A stretch of DNA of 64,000 nt from Azolla caroliniana (Eukaryota; Plantae; Polypodiophyta): assembly GCA_043228905.1 (NCBI GenBank), contig JBHGNT010000005.1, positions 2,976,001-3,040,000 of the forward strand. Reading direction: 5' to 3'. Under the pieces are notes generated by a model, which did no database searches, was not told the origin of the DNA, and saw only the letters and a program-made list of their open reading frames with translations. Of this stretch, positions 41,797-54,588 are shown one piece after another. A program made the position numbers and the translations under genes. Numbering within the stretch: position 1 is the first letter of the stretch; each line of letters begins with the position of its first letter.

Positions 41797-44385
41797 AGAG
41801 TGGAGAGTGGGGAGAGTGGGGGAGGGAGTATAACTCAGGATTAAGGTTAGCCTTTACCATGGTTAACTTTGGCCTTAAACCTGCTTGACCTGATACTCCC
41901 GAGCCAGCCGCCTTGCTTGCCGAACCTAGAATTCACAGCCACGTGGAGCCTCGTATATCGAGCCCCTCCCCCCCTGCCTCCTCTCATGACTTTCTTTTAC
42001 ACCCGAACCAAAGGAGGTACCCCCAATTTCCAAACAAAAAAAGACTCCCAAAAGACTGGTCAAGCTTGTGCTCCTTGCCTTGATCGCCTACGCCTAACCA
42101 ACAATCCACAGGAAGTTCTCTCATGCATCTGTGACCGGTCATGTGTGTTGCTTAAGCTAATCCTTTCATGAGATGCCTTATGTCAATTTTCATTGAGCGG
42201 AAAAAGGAGAATAGTTTTGTGATAATCAAATGCCTCACACCCAACACATGTAACCCCCTCCCCAAAAATAAAAGGTCCTCCTCCAATGATTGGTCAAACT
42301 TGTGTTCCTTTCCTTAACCTAAGCCTAATCATGCCTGAGGTACTCAAATGTGTTTTTGTGTGTGGTCACATGTGTTTAACCTAACCCTTCCGTGAGATGC
42401 TATGCCCATGCTAGTTTATGCATATTCCCATCGAGGTGAGAAAAAAGAGAGTTGGTTTTGTGTTGTTCACGCACCTCGTCCCGCAAATTATTCATCCATT
42501 TTAGCTTGGGGTTTTTATAAGTGGATTCTTACTCCAAGGACAATGCACAAAGTGCTAAATGTGTTCCCCTTTCCCCTGATTCGTGATCAGAACTACACAA
42601 GTTACACATAGCATATACCATCATGAACTACAAATTGATGGCATGTCTTCTTTGAAAATAACAGAAAGTATTTTGGTTTCTCTTTGATGTAAATGAGGGT
42701 TTGTCAACTAGTTTCTATGTGCTCTAACCTAAGTCTTGCATGAGAACAACCATAATGTGAGGTTCATGCCAAATGTTGTTGATCTCTTTGTGAAGGAGAG
42801 AAATGAGAGTTTGTTTTGTGTTTCTTGCTTGTTTATACGCCTTCTCCAGGCTCCCCCGACCATTAGTTTAGTTTTGTGATCCTTTGTTGTAAACCTTGTG
42901 TGATATCATTAATGTGTGAGGTTGGAGCTAACATTGCTTTTTACTTAAAAATAGAGAATTTGTTTTGCTTTGTCAAACACCTTCTCGTAAGATTATCATG
43001 AATCGCAAGTTAAAGACTAGTCAAGATTTTTTGTTCACCTAACAATCTTTAGATAATAGCCTCTATGACTGCTAACAACTATTTTAACATATATATTACT
43101 ATATATCTCTCATGTAAGGGTGAACTCTTCCCTTGCGAAAAACAACTATATTGTTATGGATTGAGATGTCCAAACAATAATTTTATGCTACTAATGCCCA
43201 CTTAGATGTATCAATACATATACTCTTGCATTCAACTTTTGTTCATATGGATAGCCTAACTTGTTCATTAAGTTAAATAAGGATATGTTCAATTTAGTTG
43301 TTGCTTTGTCTTAAAGATTTCAACATGCAGAAATTCATCCAAGGTGGAGATGACGAAATGGCTTATCGGTGACAAATAAAGAAAACATGTTTTGCCCATT
43401 CAACACCTTTGGAGATAGTCATCAATACTTATCCAAATAGCTTGTGTTAAAAACCTCCTCATAGACAATAGACCAAGCAAAGTAATAATAGGTGAATAGG
43501 TTGGATAGAGGAACCCGATCCTGTAACCACCCTTGAGCTATGATCAAAACATAGCCAACCTACCACCAATGTCCCATACTTATGGATATTAGGACAACTA
43601 ATACATTGGAAGAGGTAGCACAATTATCGTGACAAAATTGTAGCTCACACCGTTAGTGTCTCGTGAATTCCACAACATAATGTACACATAACGATAGATA
43701 AGCTTCGTTTTATATATCTTCACAAGACTTCACTCATGTTTTTGTAAATATCAGTGACCTACTCTAACTGATGTTACGTGTACATAACATTATGTATAAC
43801 TTTAAGTGGATACAATACGGTGATCTGCAGGGTTCGGATGATGTTCAATGGCAATGACAAGTGACCTTTAAGAATCGATGGCAATGACTTCACTTTTTTT
43901 CGAATACAATTGCTAGTCCGAAGTGGAATTATGTCATACCTTCTTTTATGTTGGATAGTTGATAGTATTGTTTTATATATGACATTATCTATTTGATCAA
44001 ATGCCTATACTAGCTTTTGTATCTTACAATAAGAAGTGAGATGAAATGTCTCCTGTTTTTTCTATGTATAGTTTTCAAGTAATATATACTAAGGTGCATC
44101 TCTACAAGCAAAAAACAAACAAACATTATGTATAACTTAAGTGCAATATATTATGTTTGGTGTGCATAGATGCAAACAATGAGAGATCTATTAATAGAGT
44201 TTTACTTCGCAATAGTTTGTGCATGGTTTAAAACATAATATTGGCATTGAAATTAAAGTGGCCAGAGGCAATATACAAAAATAGTCCAATAGTCCAATCT
44301 TTCTAGGTAAAGATAATTACATTTCGCACACCCTCAAGTTGCATTCTCTCATAAAGCTTGAGGGTTTCATCACCATTTCCATTCT

Positions 44386-44519
44386 CAACATATCCTTATA
44401 TTAACGTATTCCATGCCTCCACAAACTTTCAACATGGAAACAAATGCTATAGCATTAGGCTGGGCACCTTCCAAGTGCATCATTTCAAAACATTCCAAAA
44501 TGCTAGTGCAAGGATATGC
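44386..44519 (-). pseudogene. Isolated PPR-motif fragment
   Basis: Minus-strand translation ILECFEMMHLEGAQPNAIAFVSMLKVCGGMEY resembles a PLS PPR P/L junction (F..M..EG..P...TF...LKAC). Confidence 0.5.
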
Positions 44520-47396
44520 CTTTTTCCAAGGTCAACCAAATGAGTTCCATTAGGGGAAACACTTATATTGGCTATTTGTTGTGAAATTTGAAGATTTTTT
44601 CTTAAATTTGTCTTTACAAGAGCATCAATCTCAATGTTCATCACCGAAAGAGATGTTGTTCTAGATTTATTTAATTTCCTCAAAAGGTCCAATGCACTCC
44701 ACTTGTACCGCCGCCAAGAACAAATACTGTTGAAGATGTGTAGGAGAACTGTCATCTTTGGTTCAACTTCAATCTTGCCATTGTTATCCAACAAACGTAA
44801 TAATTGATTAGATGTTAAACTGCCTAAGTTTTCGAGAGTTGACATGACAAAATGTCTTTCATTGTTAGTTAAAAAATAGTTGAGGCATCCTCCTTAAGCA
44901 GTCACCAATTCAGAGTAATCAACTACTTATTTGTTAGCTAATATTCTTATCATTAACAACCTGATATTTCTGTGAATGACATTGGCTTCTTGAACATGTT
45001 ATGTTCATTTTAGTTCCCAAGTAGTACATCCTGGGAGTTGGATAAGAAATTGTACGAGGTGATGATGATGGACATGATGAGATGATGTTGTTCAGGGGGG
45101 GGGGGGGAGGACTTGGCCAAACCCTCGTTGATGCAAAAAAGATAGGCATATGCACCCCAACACCCTAGACATATCACAAAATGTGGGTTAGAATTTTTTT
45201 CCCTAGCTTGACGACAATGAACAGAAAGGTTAAAGTGAGAAGCATGCACACAATCCTCCAACTTAACACCATCTAGTCGACGACATTTAATTATTTACGC
45301 AACCAAAATTTATAAGTTGTTTGTCCATTCACAAAACATGTTTAAGCAAACAAATGTATAAATAATGCAAGGTGTAAGTGAATGTTGGGATGCAAGCAAC
45401 TTTTAATAAATATTGTTGTGTACTTTATCAATGGTTTGTGGTTTAGAATCGAGGTTGATGTTCCATGGACACATTTCATCTAGATTATACCCGTATGGTT
45501 TAGTAGTGATATATGTTTGATTGTGTAAATATTCAGTTGATGACAGATAGGGAAGTAGTAGGCAAAATCCATTTTAAAAAAATGGATATGTTCACGCATT
45601 AAATCATTGTTTTTTCATAACCAACTTAAGAAATTTTATATCTCAAAGATATTTATAGAAAACGTTGAAAGAATCGATGTTAATTTTACCAATTGTACTG
45701 CAGAAAGTGTGTTTTTGATACCATATTTAAGGAAAAACAATTTAAAGCAAACATATTGTTTTCATCCTTGAGTTGTGAAAGTGAAATTGTTGTGCATTGT
45801 TGTTACTTTGCCGACATTGGATCATGGAAATCACATTTTTGGGAGATTTATGAAATGAAGAATCAAAGCCATTTCAATAGACTTGAAGTCATAACCTTCA
45901 CTTTTAAAAGCATAAGCCAATTTGATTGGGGCACCTATGACAATGTAATTTAATTGTGACCAAAGTAGCTCATGTTCATCAATATCTCATAAATTTTGAG
46001 TGTGTGGAACCACTAAGTTTCATTTACTTTTTCTTACAAGTGTGAAGGGTCCTGCTTGAAAGTTTACTATGTGACGTTGAAAGTGATGCTCACGTGGTGC
46101 TCTGCACGCAATGCCTCGTTCTCATCTCGTCACAAAGCTTCATTAAGAAATTGGTGTATGACATAAATTTATTCATTTGTTTGAGGCTAATGTGCATTCC
46201 CTTCTTTTGGTTACTTAATATGACAAATATTAACTCATTGTTTATATGTTTTAGGTTGACCTTAAAAGTTTTTCCTTGTTTCCTATATTAAGGTTCACAT
46301 GGGCGTCATCGTAATGATGTTTCATCCAAGCATTTGAATCTCGTCTTCTTGAATTGTGTTCTTCTTTGCAAGTACCCCTATAGAATGCAACCATCCATGA
46401 GTGCAAATTTACTCATGTGTGGGTGTAATCACATGGTTTGTGGAATCCAAATATTAGACTCTAGAGCAAGGAAGATGCTCTCGAGGAATGTGCCAACAAC
46501 CTACAATGGTTGATAAAATTAATGAACATTATGTGTATTATCACATATCAAACTAACGATGAGCGAAAGAATAAGACATTAATGAGAGGAATGGATTAAG
46601 GGTGCTTAACCACATTGACCACCATTGACCGAAGAACAAGAGACAAACATAAAACATCATCAATGTCCCATGATATTGTGTATTACCTTAAGTTATACCT
46701 TGGTTGTTGAACAAATGGTCCAAAGAAGAGAGCTTAGCCTCGCCTTAAAGTCTCGACAATGTTTGAAGATGTTGTTATGAGGGGGGTAGCTATTCCCCTT
46801 CATATAACTCAACAATTAAGGTTGCTCGACCGCCATGTCTTCCCACGTGTCATAGGTCAAGATCTTAAGATAACTTATCTCCTCACCATTGTACCCTTAA
46901 CACATTCAAATTAGATATAGAATTAGTTTGTAAGGTTGTGCATATAACACATACGCACATGCAATGATGCACAACCAAAGCACAACATGAAAAAATGCTT
47001 ATAAACACCCATGAATAGATATCACTAATGTGTTAGTTGCATTTGCCGACTTGGGGTCTAAGGGGATACCAAAACACCGACACTGTAAAACATATTGGAA
47101 TGTTATAGCACGGGTTCCAAGAGGATTCCTAAATATTGGCAGATTCAAAGACATTGGAGCGGTGGACTACAATCCAAGAGGATTCCACAACACACAACAA
47201 GATGTTGCTAATGTGATAACGATATCGGGAAGCAAGGTGAAGTGTCGTTGCAAGGGGCAGAAGAAGAAGATACACTTGACAAACTATATAATGTCGTTAT
47301 GTATGTCATTGAACTGGAGTTGACGAGAATTCCAAAACTTGAAGACAGTTGTCACATCAAGATTTTGATAATGCAATAAAGATATTGGGAAGTATG

Positions 47397-47788
47397 TAAC
47401 AATCGACAACGGTTCGGTTTGAACCAAACCATGATCCCGTGGCTTAATGGTTTAAACGGTTCTATTTGGTTTCAACAGTCAGAGGTTTTACCGGTTTAAC
47501 GGTTATTTATTTATTAGTTATTTTTTAAATTTGTAAAAAAATTGCAAAAAGTTATTTTTAAACAATATTTCCATTTGTAGACCTTATTCTCACATTTTAG
47601 GAACATCTTTACAATTTAAAAAATTTAAAAAAAATGAAAAAGTTTAAATTTAAAAATTAAAATTTGACATAAGTTGAAAACCGAAACTGAACAACGGAAC
47701 TGCGGTTTTAACGGTTTAATGGTTTGAAAATTTTTTAACGGTTCGGTTTTGTCCCTCTCAAACCGAACCGAACCGTTGCCGATTGTTA
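47397..47788. mobile_element. hAT-type MITE, 392 bp, with 8-bp TSD GAAGTATG
   Basis: TIRs TAACAATCG(A/G)CAACGGTTCGGTT. GAAGTATG at 47389-47396 and 47789-47796. Subterminal AACCG/CGGTT repeats. Confidence 0.9.
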
Positions 47789-47855
47789 GAAGTATGCGAG
47801 AGGGAACAAAATGTGTTACCTGGGGCCGTGGCACCACCGGAACATGTACGCACCA

Positions 47856-47896
47856 TCACTCACTCACTCACTCACTCACTCACTCACTCACTCACT
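47856..47896. repeat. (TCAC)n microsatellite in the DEG1 5' region
   Basis: Seen directly. Confidence 0.9.
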
Positions 47897-47973
47897 GCCT
47901 ATGGCTCATTGCTAAGTATGTATCCTCAAAAGCAATACTGCTTCTGATTTTGTGATCAATCACTCTTTGACTC

Positions 47974-50900
47974 ATGGCCATGATAAGTATCCACAACTCG
48001 CCATGTCTAGGCTTGAGCCTCTGCTCACCTCGCAAATCTCTTCCTCCTCCTCTGTTCTCCCACAGAAGAAAGTATCGCAATCGCCCAGTAGCATTGTTTC
48101 CCAACCATTCCCAAACCTCCACAGAGATGTCTCCTCCCTCTCCGAAAGAAGATATCCTCCGCAGATTCTTTGAGAACAGAATAGGACATGTTATACTCTC
48201 GAAGAAGCTCTTTGTTGCCGCCGCTTCCTTGGCTTTGTCTTTTTCTTTACTTGGATCTGGGGTGGATTCATACGCCCTTGTTTCATCCACCTCTCGACGA
48301 TTGCAAAGTGATGAAGTCGCTACAGTGAAGCTCTTCCGAGAGAACACGCCGTCAGTGGTCTATATCACAAACTTAGCTGTCAGGTATGTATATTTCTTTG
48401 ATTCAATGCGAGGGCTTATTTTCTATACAGTATGCATTTTATCATCATTGATATGTAGCTATTTTTTTCTTGAATTGACGTGACAACTTGTTTTTCACAA
48501 TGGGTTTGTGGTACTTGGGATTGTGTTTGTTTATTAGTTGTCGAAATGCATTAAATAATAGGAAATGTCGCAAAAACAAATTTGCAGGAATTTAAGAGGT
48601 GATGTAATAAGAAATGCTGAGGAAATACCACAAATTTATAGGACTGCAAGAGAATACCAAAGATTTATAGAACTTAAGAGAGAAAATACCAAGAATTTAT
48701 ATAACTGCAAGAGAGAAAAGACAACAATTTGATGGAAATTTAGTAGAAGATTTAACAGGAAACTCAAGAGAATACCAAAAATAATAGAGATTAGTAGAAT
48801 ATAATGTGAAATGTTGAGAAAACATCACAAATTGTTAGGAATTTACTGTGTATTTTTGTTGGATAACCCCATCTATGCAGATAGAGATAATGTGTGATGT
48901 CCCATTGTGTGTTCGATGAAGATATGTATAAGCAGTAAGGGAACTAAGAAGATATCTTATTGGCTATATTTTGAGTGAGAATTTGAACTGGAAAGTCACA
49001 GAGGACTTCATAATTTATAGTGTGAATTGACGTTCTTTTGGATGAAACATGAAGGGGAACACCAATGTTTCTGCGATAGCCCCTGCCATTATGTTGTAAA
49101 TAAGACATGAACGCTTTCATTTGGATCAGGTGATTTCTACTCCTTCCCTAGGTGTACTTGACACTTGATCTATTGGAGTGTGGGTTGAAGATATGAATGC
49201 TGGTCCTTGAGACTTGATTATATATGCAAGTTCTGTGTGGGTTGATGGTATGGGATGCCAGTCCTTGAGCCAAGGATTAGCTCATACTCGACTGGCGCCT
49301 GTGCTAGTTCAGTGTGGGTGAGCTTATATTGGTTCTATGTCTGGGAGAAAAGTGTGATGCCCATCCTTAAGGTTGCCTATTGCGAATTTGTCTGGGTCAC
49401 ATCATGCGTATGCCAGCCATGGGTAGAGAAACCATTTTCATGCGGTGCTTGTATGGCTTGGTCTCTAGAATAATGAATAACTGGCTAAGGAACTTATGTG
49501 AATATATTATATGACTGTATTTGTCAGCCCTTGATAACCATGACTACTTTATAGTATTTGTATATGTGTTCATTTTACATCTTATTATTATTTTTATATT
49601 TTTTATTAAGGATTTCACTGCTGCTGGGCAACACAAGTTGTAAACAGGGTTTTTGGTCTTGTACATCACAGTGGTATCTTGTAACAAACATTTCTTTCAT
49701 CTTTCCCTGGTTTCAAGCAGGAAAAAAAGCATGCTGAAAGAAAAGTCCAAACATGCCATCAAGGCTACCCTGCAGAGTGGGACTTGTTACCAACTAGTGC
49801 GAACTCCCTTTAGCTAATTCTACCCTTTACTGGCTTAGGAGCTTTGCGGATTTCTGAAGGATGTGGTAGTATTTCTAGTACCAACAGGGTTCACTAGAAA
49901 TGCTTAGAGTAAGATACATCTGTAACTCCCAAATACACTCCATCACTTTGCTAGGCATACACCAGATCAAAAACCCCCATGCCATTTATAAGGTCCATGT
50001 CGTTATTGCTGCCACATGCATTGCTGGTAAACTAGTTATCTCATGCTATATCTCAGGAAAAGGAGATTTACAAAACAGCAATATTGCTGCAACATTTCGA
50101 GTGACTATGACATACCATCACTGTTTGTCTATGGGAATTATTTCAAACTGATATGTTTGTTCAGTGAAACATAGATTCTCAATTCTTTTTGCTTATGCAG
50201 ACGAGATGCGTTTACCTTGGATGTCATGGAAGTGCCACAAGGTTCTGGATCAGGTTTTCTATGGGACAAAGATGGGCATGTTGTGACAAACTACCATGTT
50301 ATCAGAGGGGCGTCTGATCTTAGGTATACTCTAATATCTAGAACCTATAGCAATCCGTACCCTTCTGATAATACATACCATATTAATCTATTTATGTCCA
50401 ATTGTCAGAGTGACATTAGGAGACCAATCAGTGTATGAAGCAGCTGTTGTTGGCTATGATGAAGATAAAGATGTTGCAGTATTGCATATTGATGCGCCTA
50501 AAGACAAACTTAGGCCAATTCCAGTTGGAACCTCAGGCGATCTTTTAGTTGGGCAGAAAGTATACGCCATTGGAAATCCGGTAGGTAAGTTGATTCAATG
50601 CCACTGTTTGAAGCATGGGCAGTTATTGCCGCACTGCTTGATTTTACGAAACTTACAAGTGACCATTGTATATGGTTTCCAAGTTCCAACTTCTAATTCA
50701 AACGAGAGTAATCTTGGATAATTTAGAATGTTGACGTGATCTGTTGTTCTTTTAAGAATTTAATGGACATAAATGCATGTTATTTCATATATTATTTAGA
50801 TAGATATTGTACACGTTGTGTGAATTTTGGAATGGAATCAAATGTTTATATGCTGTAGATTATCTCTATTGTATTTTCTATGCAAATTTGACGACAGGTG

Positions 50901-53900
50901 CATTTAATATACCGATATGAATTGTTTTAATGGATAGGAAATTTGATGAACAATGAATTCAAGCATATGTAAAATCCATAAAAAACAGGCATTACATGAG
51001 GGAAAAACATATTAGAATATAGTCAAGTTAGTTTAAAGCTGGATATCCTTTAGGGTGGTGAGTTTTGGCTGTCATAGAAATACTCAATGGTAAACACTAA
51101 AAACCCTTGAAGAAATGTGCCATAGTATGAAAGTACGTATTCACTCTTTTTTCAGATTGGCTTGTAGGATGCTTAATGACAATCATGAGGCTGGAACATT
51201 ATTTTTTCAGCACTTCACCTATTTCATATTTTGCTCAAGAGTGTTGTCGATGTTTTACAGTTTGGGCTGGATCATACACTGACAACAGGAGTGATTAGGT
51301 ATGACTATTGCTTGTTCCTTCTTTCCTCCTATGATATGCTTGCATATGTTAACACTTCCTAATATAATGGCAGTGGCTTAAGGAGAGAAATTAGCTCAGC
51401 TGCTACCGGACGACCCATTCAGGATGTGATACAGACAGATGCAGCTATCAATCCTGGAAATAGTGGAGGCCCCCTTCTCGATAGCTCTGGATATTTAATT
51501 GGAATCAATACTGCAATATATTCTCCATCTGGTGCATCTTCTGGTGTCGGCTTTTCTATTCCGGTGGATACGGTAGGAGAGACATGTTTATGACTGGGAC
51601 ATACATTGCTTCACTGTGTTTGTGTAATCTATAGAAATATATTACATTATGTAAATGTCAATACTCTTTCCTTGACTAGCAAAAATATGCATCTTAGCTA
51701 TAGTGTTTAGTATAACTCAATTTGCATCAGCCTTATAGTTTTAACCCTCATTTGGGATAAGCTCGTTTATTTGGCTTCTGTTCACCTCCTGCCTCCTCTC
51801 TCCGAGAAATAGGAGTGTACTACTCAATCTGAGCAACATCAAATAAACAAAAAATAAGTCAATAGAAGGATGGAGGTGAATCACAAGCAAAGGGACATCG
51901 TAATTTTAAAATTATGATATCCGAAAACCTAGCAACATCACAAACTGAAGAGAATGCATATGGAACATTCTCATGGCATAACTGATGGACAACATTGGTT
52001 ATAAGAGTTTCACTTGATAATGTACAATCTATGAGATCCCAATTCAGATTGCACTACTCACTCTGAGCAACATCAAATAAAAAATATAAGTTTGAAACTC
52101 TTTGAGGCCATAAGGAGCAGATTGTTCGAGCCCACCATCTAGATGAGCTCAGTTTTAAGCATTCAGGTTGGGCTCTCTCTATTGTTGGGTTATAAGATAT
52201 TATGCCAGTTGTGACACTGTTCACCCGGCCGTTATATATTTTTCGCTTCACAATGGTAGCTCCTTCCTCATGATCCTTTTGACAACTTTCATGTTTATAG
52301 GTGCACTTTGACCTTGCAATTCACATGCTGATTCAAGCATAAAACCTGATTTTTGGACATCTACATATGTGAAGATCCAACAAACATCATTCGGTTCGAG
52401 AGTGTCAAAACCAAACCATTTAAAAAATTTGAAACTTGAACCGAACCAAACCATATAAACCGAAACTGTTTGAATTAAAACCGTTTAAATCAAACTGCTA
52501 CAAAAAATCCAAACCGTTAAAACTGCGGTTTCATGATTTGGTTTCGGTTTTCAAGTTAGGTCAAAATTCAAATTTAAAATTTTAAAGTTTTAAATATTTT
52601 TCATGATTTTAAATTATAATTTTTCAAAAATTTAAAGATTTTTCGTAAAATGTGAGAATTAGGCTTAAAAATGAAAAGGTTGTTAAAAAAAATCAACTGG
52701 CAACTGTAAACCATCAAACTGTTTAAACCGAACTGAACTGAACCGTTCGCTCCAAACCGAAACTGAACCGTTAAAAAAAACTTAAACCTGAACTGAACCG
52801 TTGCCGATTTTTATTGATAATATGAGCTCTTGTTGTGTAGGGTAGAGCCCATAGAAAGATGATATATTACTGCTCTGTTGAATTCCTCAAAACCTACACA
52901 ATGTCATGAGCTAAACTCATGCAAACTATTGAGGTACCAAAGGATATGCGGTGGGGGTTTATGCATTGTATGAGTTGGAGTATCAGTATCAAATAAGATG
53001 ACCAACACCCTTAGTGTGAAACATGTACCCAGTCGTATTGGGTAATGAGTTGGGTAGAGTCATACGTGTACTTCCATATGAAGATAATATCTTGACCGCA
53101 GACTCCCTAAAGGGCTTAAAAAACATCTTGAGGCTCTACTTGCATTGTGAACTTACAAAGAAGCCAGAAGCAATAATCCAGAATCATCACATGACATGTC
53201 TAAGATCTGATCCCTTTCTCTTCTATGTAAGTCATAACTTTTGTGGGACAGCATTGCAGACTGTGCTCTGTGAGATCTCCGAACTAATCCTGCAAGCTGC
53301 TAATCAATACATGTCTTTTGATATGCTGCATGTTTAATTTTATATTAAGGCGTATCTTTTAAACTCTGGATCAAGTGCTGACTTCTATTTGGATTGTCTG
53401 TGTAAGTGGCAATTGACACATACACTGCCTCCTGGTTGACAATTCTGTTGTAAAGATATTATCTGTTTTCTCCTTGAGTCAGAATGTCATGTACTTTCTT
53501 TTGAAAGGTGAGATAAAGCCCCTAATTATTTTTTATTATAAAGACTAAGCCAATGATTTGCATCTTGTTAGGGTACATGTATATATGGCGTCAAAAACTC
53601 TGCCAGACAAAGATATACCCTGAAAGATTCCTATAGTATTGAATATGCAACTTATTCCATATTGTCATAGTATTGAATGGTAATAGACCAATGATTTTTG
53701 CCGTAAAGCCAGATATATAATATGTACATAGACATATATACATATGCATCATTGGAACTGGAGGTTTGAGTCAAACCTGACGAGAATGTGGAAAAGCGAA
53801 CAATAGTATGTGCATGTGGTTTGACTTGAATATGCTGAGAATGTGAACTAGTTAATAGCAGCATGTGCATGTTCACTTACAATGTATCATTTTTCAGAAA

Positions 53901-54588
53901 TGATGTGATTGTTAACATTCCTCTACAGATTTGACAAGTAATCATAGTAATATGATCACTAATAATAGTCTGAAAGTTACTATGCAAAAAAAAAACATAT
54001 ACATTTCAGGTCAGTGGCATTGTTGATCAAATTATCAAGTATGGGAAAGTGACTCGGCCAGTGCTCGGGATTTCATTTGCACCAGAACAGTCTGTGGAAC
54101 AACTTGGTGTCAGTGGTGTGCTTGTACTTGATGCTCCGCCATCCGGACCGGCTGGAAAAGCAGTATGGATTTTTTTGGTTTTGCCTTTAGCATGGATAAA
54201 TGCTTACGAAAACTTAGTTAAAATCCCTGCTTTTACTGTTACCATGCATAGATATCGAGGAGAATTTACTTAATGGTAGCTCCTTTCCACTGTCTCACTG
54301 CTTCAGGGACTAAGACCTACCACTCGGGATGAATTTGGACGCCTTGTATTGGGTGACATTATTACTTCTTTGAATGGACAGAAGGTCACCAATGGAAGTG
54401 ACCTGTACAAAATCTTGGATCGTTGTAAAATTGGGGACACGGTAAATTTCTTTAACTGAAAAGTCTAAACTCTAAGTCCTAAACTCTAAATCCTAAACTC
54501 ATGCTAATGTTTTTTATAGGTTACAGTTGAGGTGCTGCGGGGTGATAAGAAAGTCGATGTTCCCGTGACTCTTGAACCTCGAGACTAA
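47974..54588 (+). CDS. DEG1: Protease Do-like 1 (DEG1/DegP1), thylakoid lumen serine protease with PDZ domain. Exons 47974-48383, 50201-50323, 50409-50580, 51261-51298, 51374-51572, 54010-54162, 54307-54441, 54520-54588
   Basis: Motifs [32 protein letters not shown] (His), DKDVAVL (Asp), [13 protein letters not shown] (Ser) and [15 protein letters not shown]. Bipartite transit peptide with a hydrophobic stretch ending ...DSYA. Confidence 0.95.
48893..49678 (+). mobile_element. LTR relic (about 778 bp) followed by a PBS stub, in DEG1 intron 1
   Basis: Perfect 8-bp terminal inverted repeat TGTGATGT...ACATCACA (48893-49670), followed at once by gTGGTATC, the start of the tRNA-iMet PBS TGGTATCAGAGC. 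No TSD. Confidence 0.55.
52389..52813. mobile_element. Inverted copy of the 47397 MITE family, truncated on the left, in DEG1 intron 5
   Basis: Right end AACCGTTGCCGATTTTTA matches the family TIR. Internal AAAATGTGAGAA is the reverse complement of TTCTCACATTTT in the 47397 copy. Confidence 0.75.
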
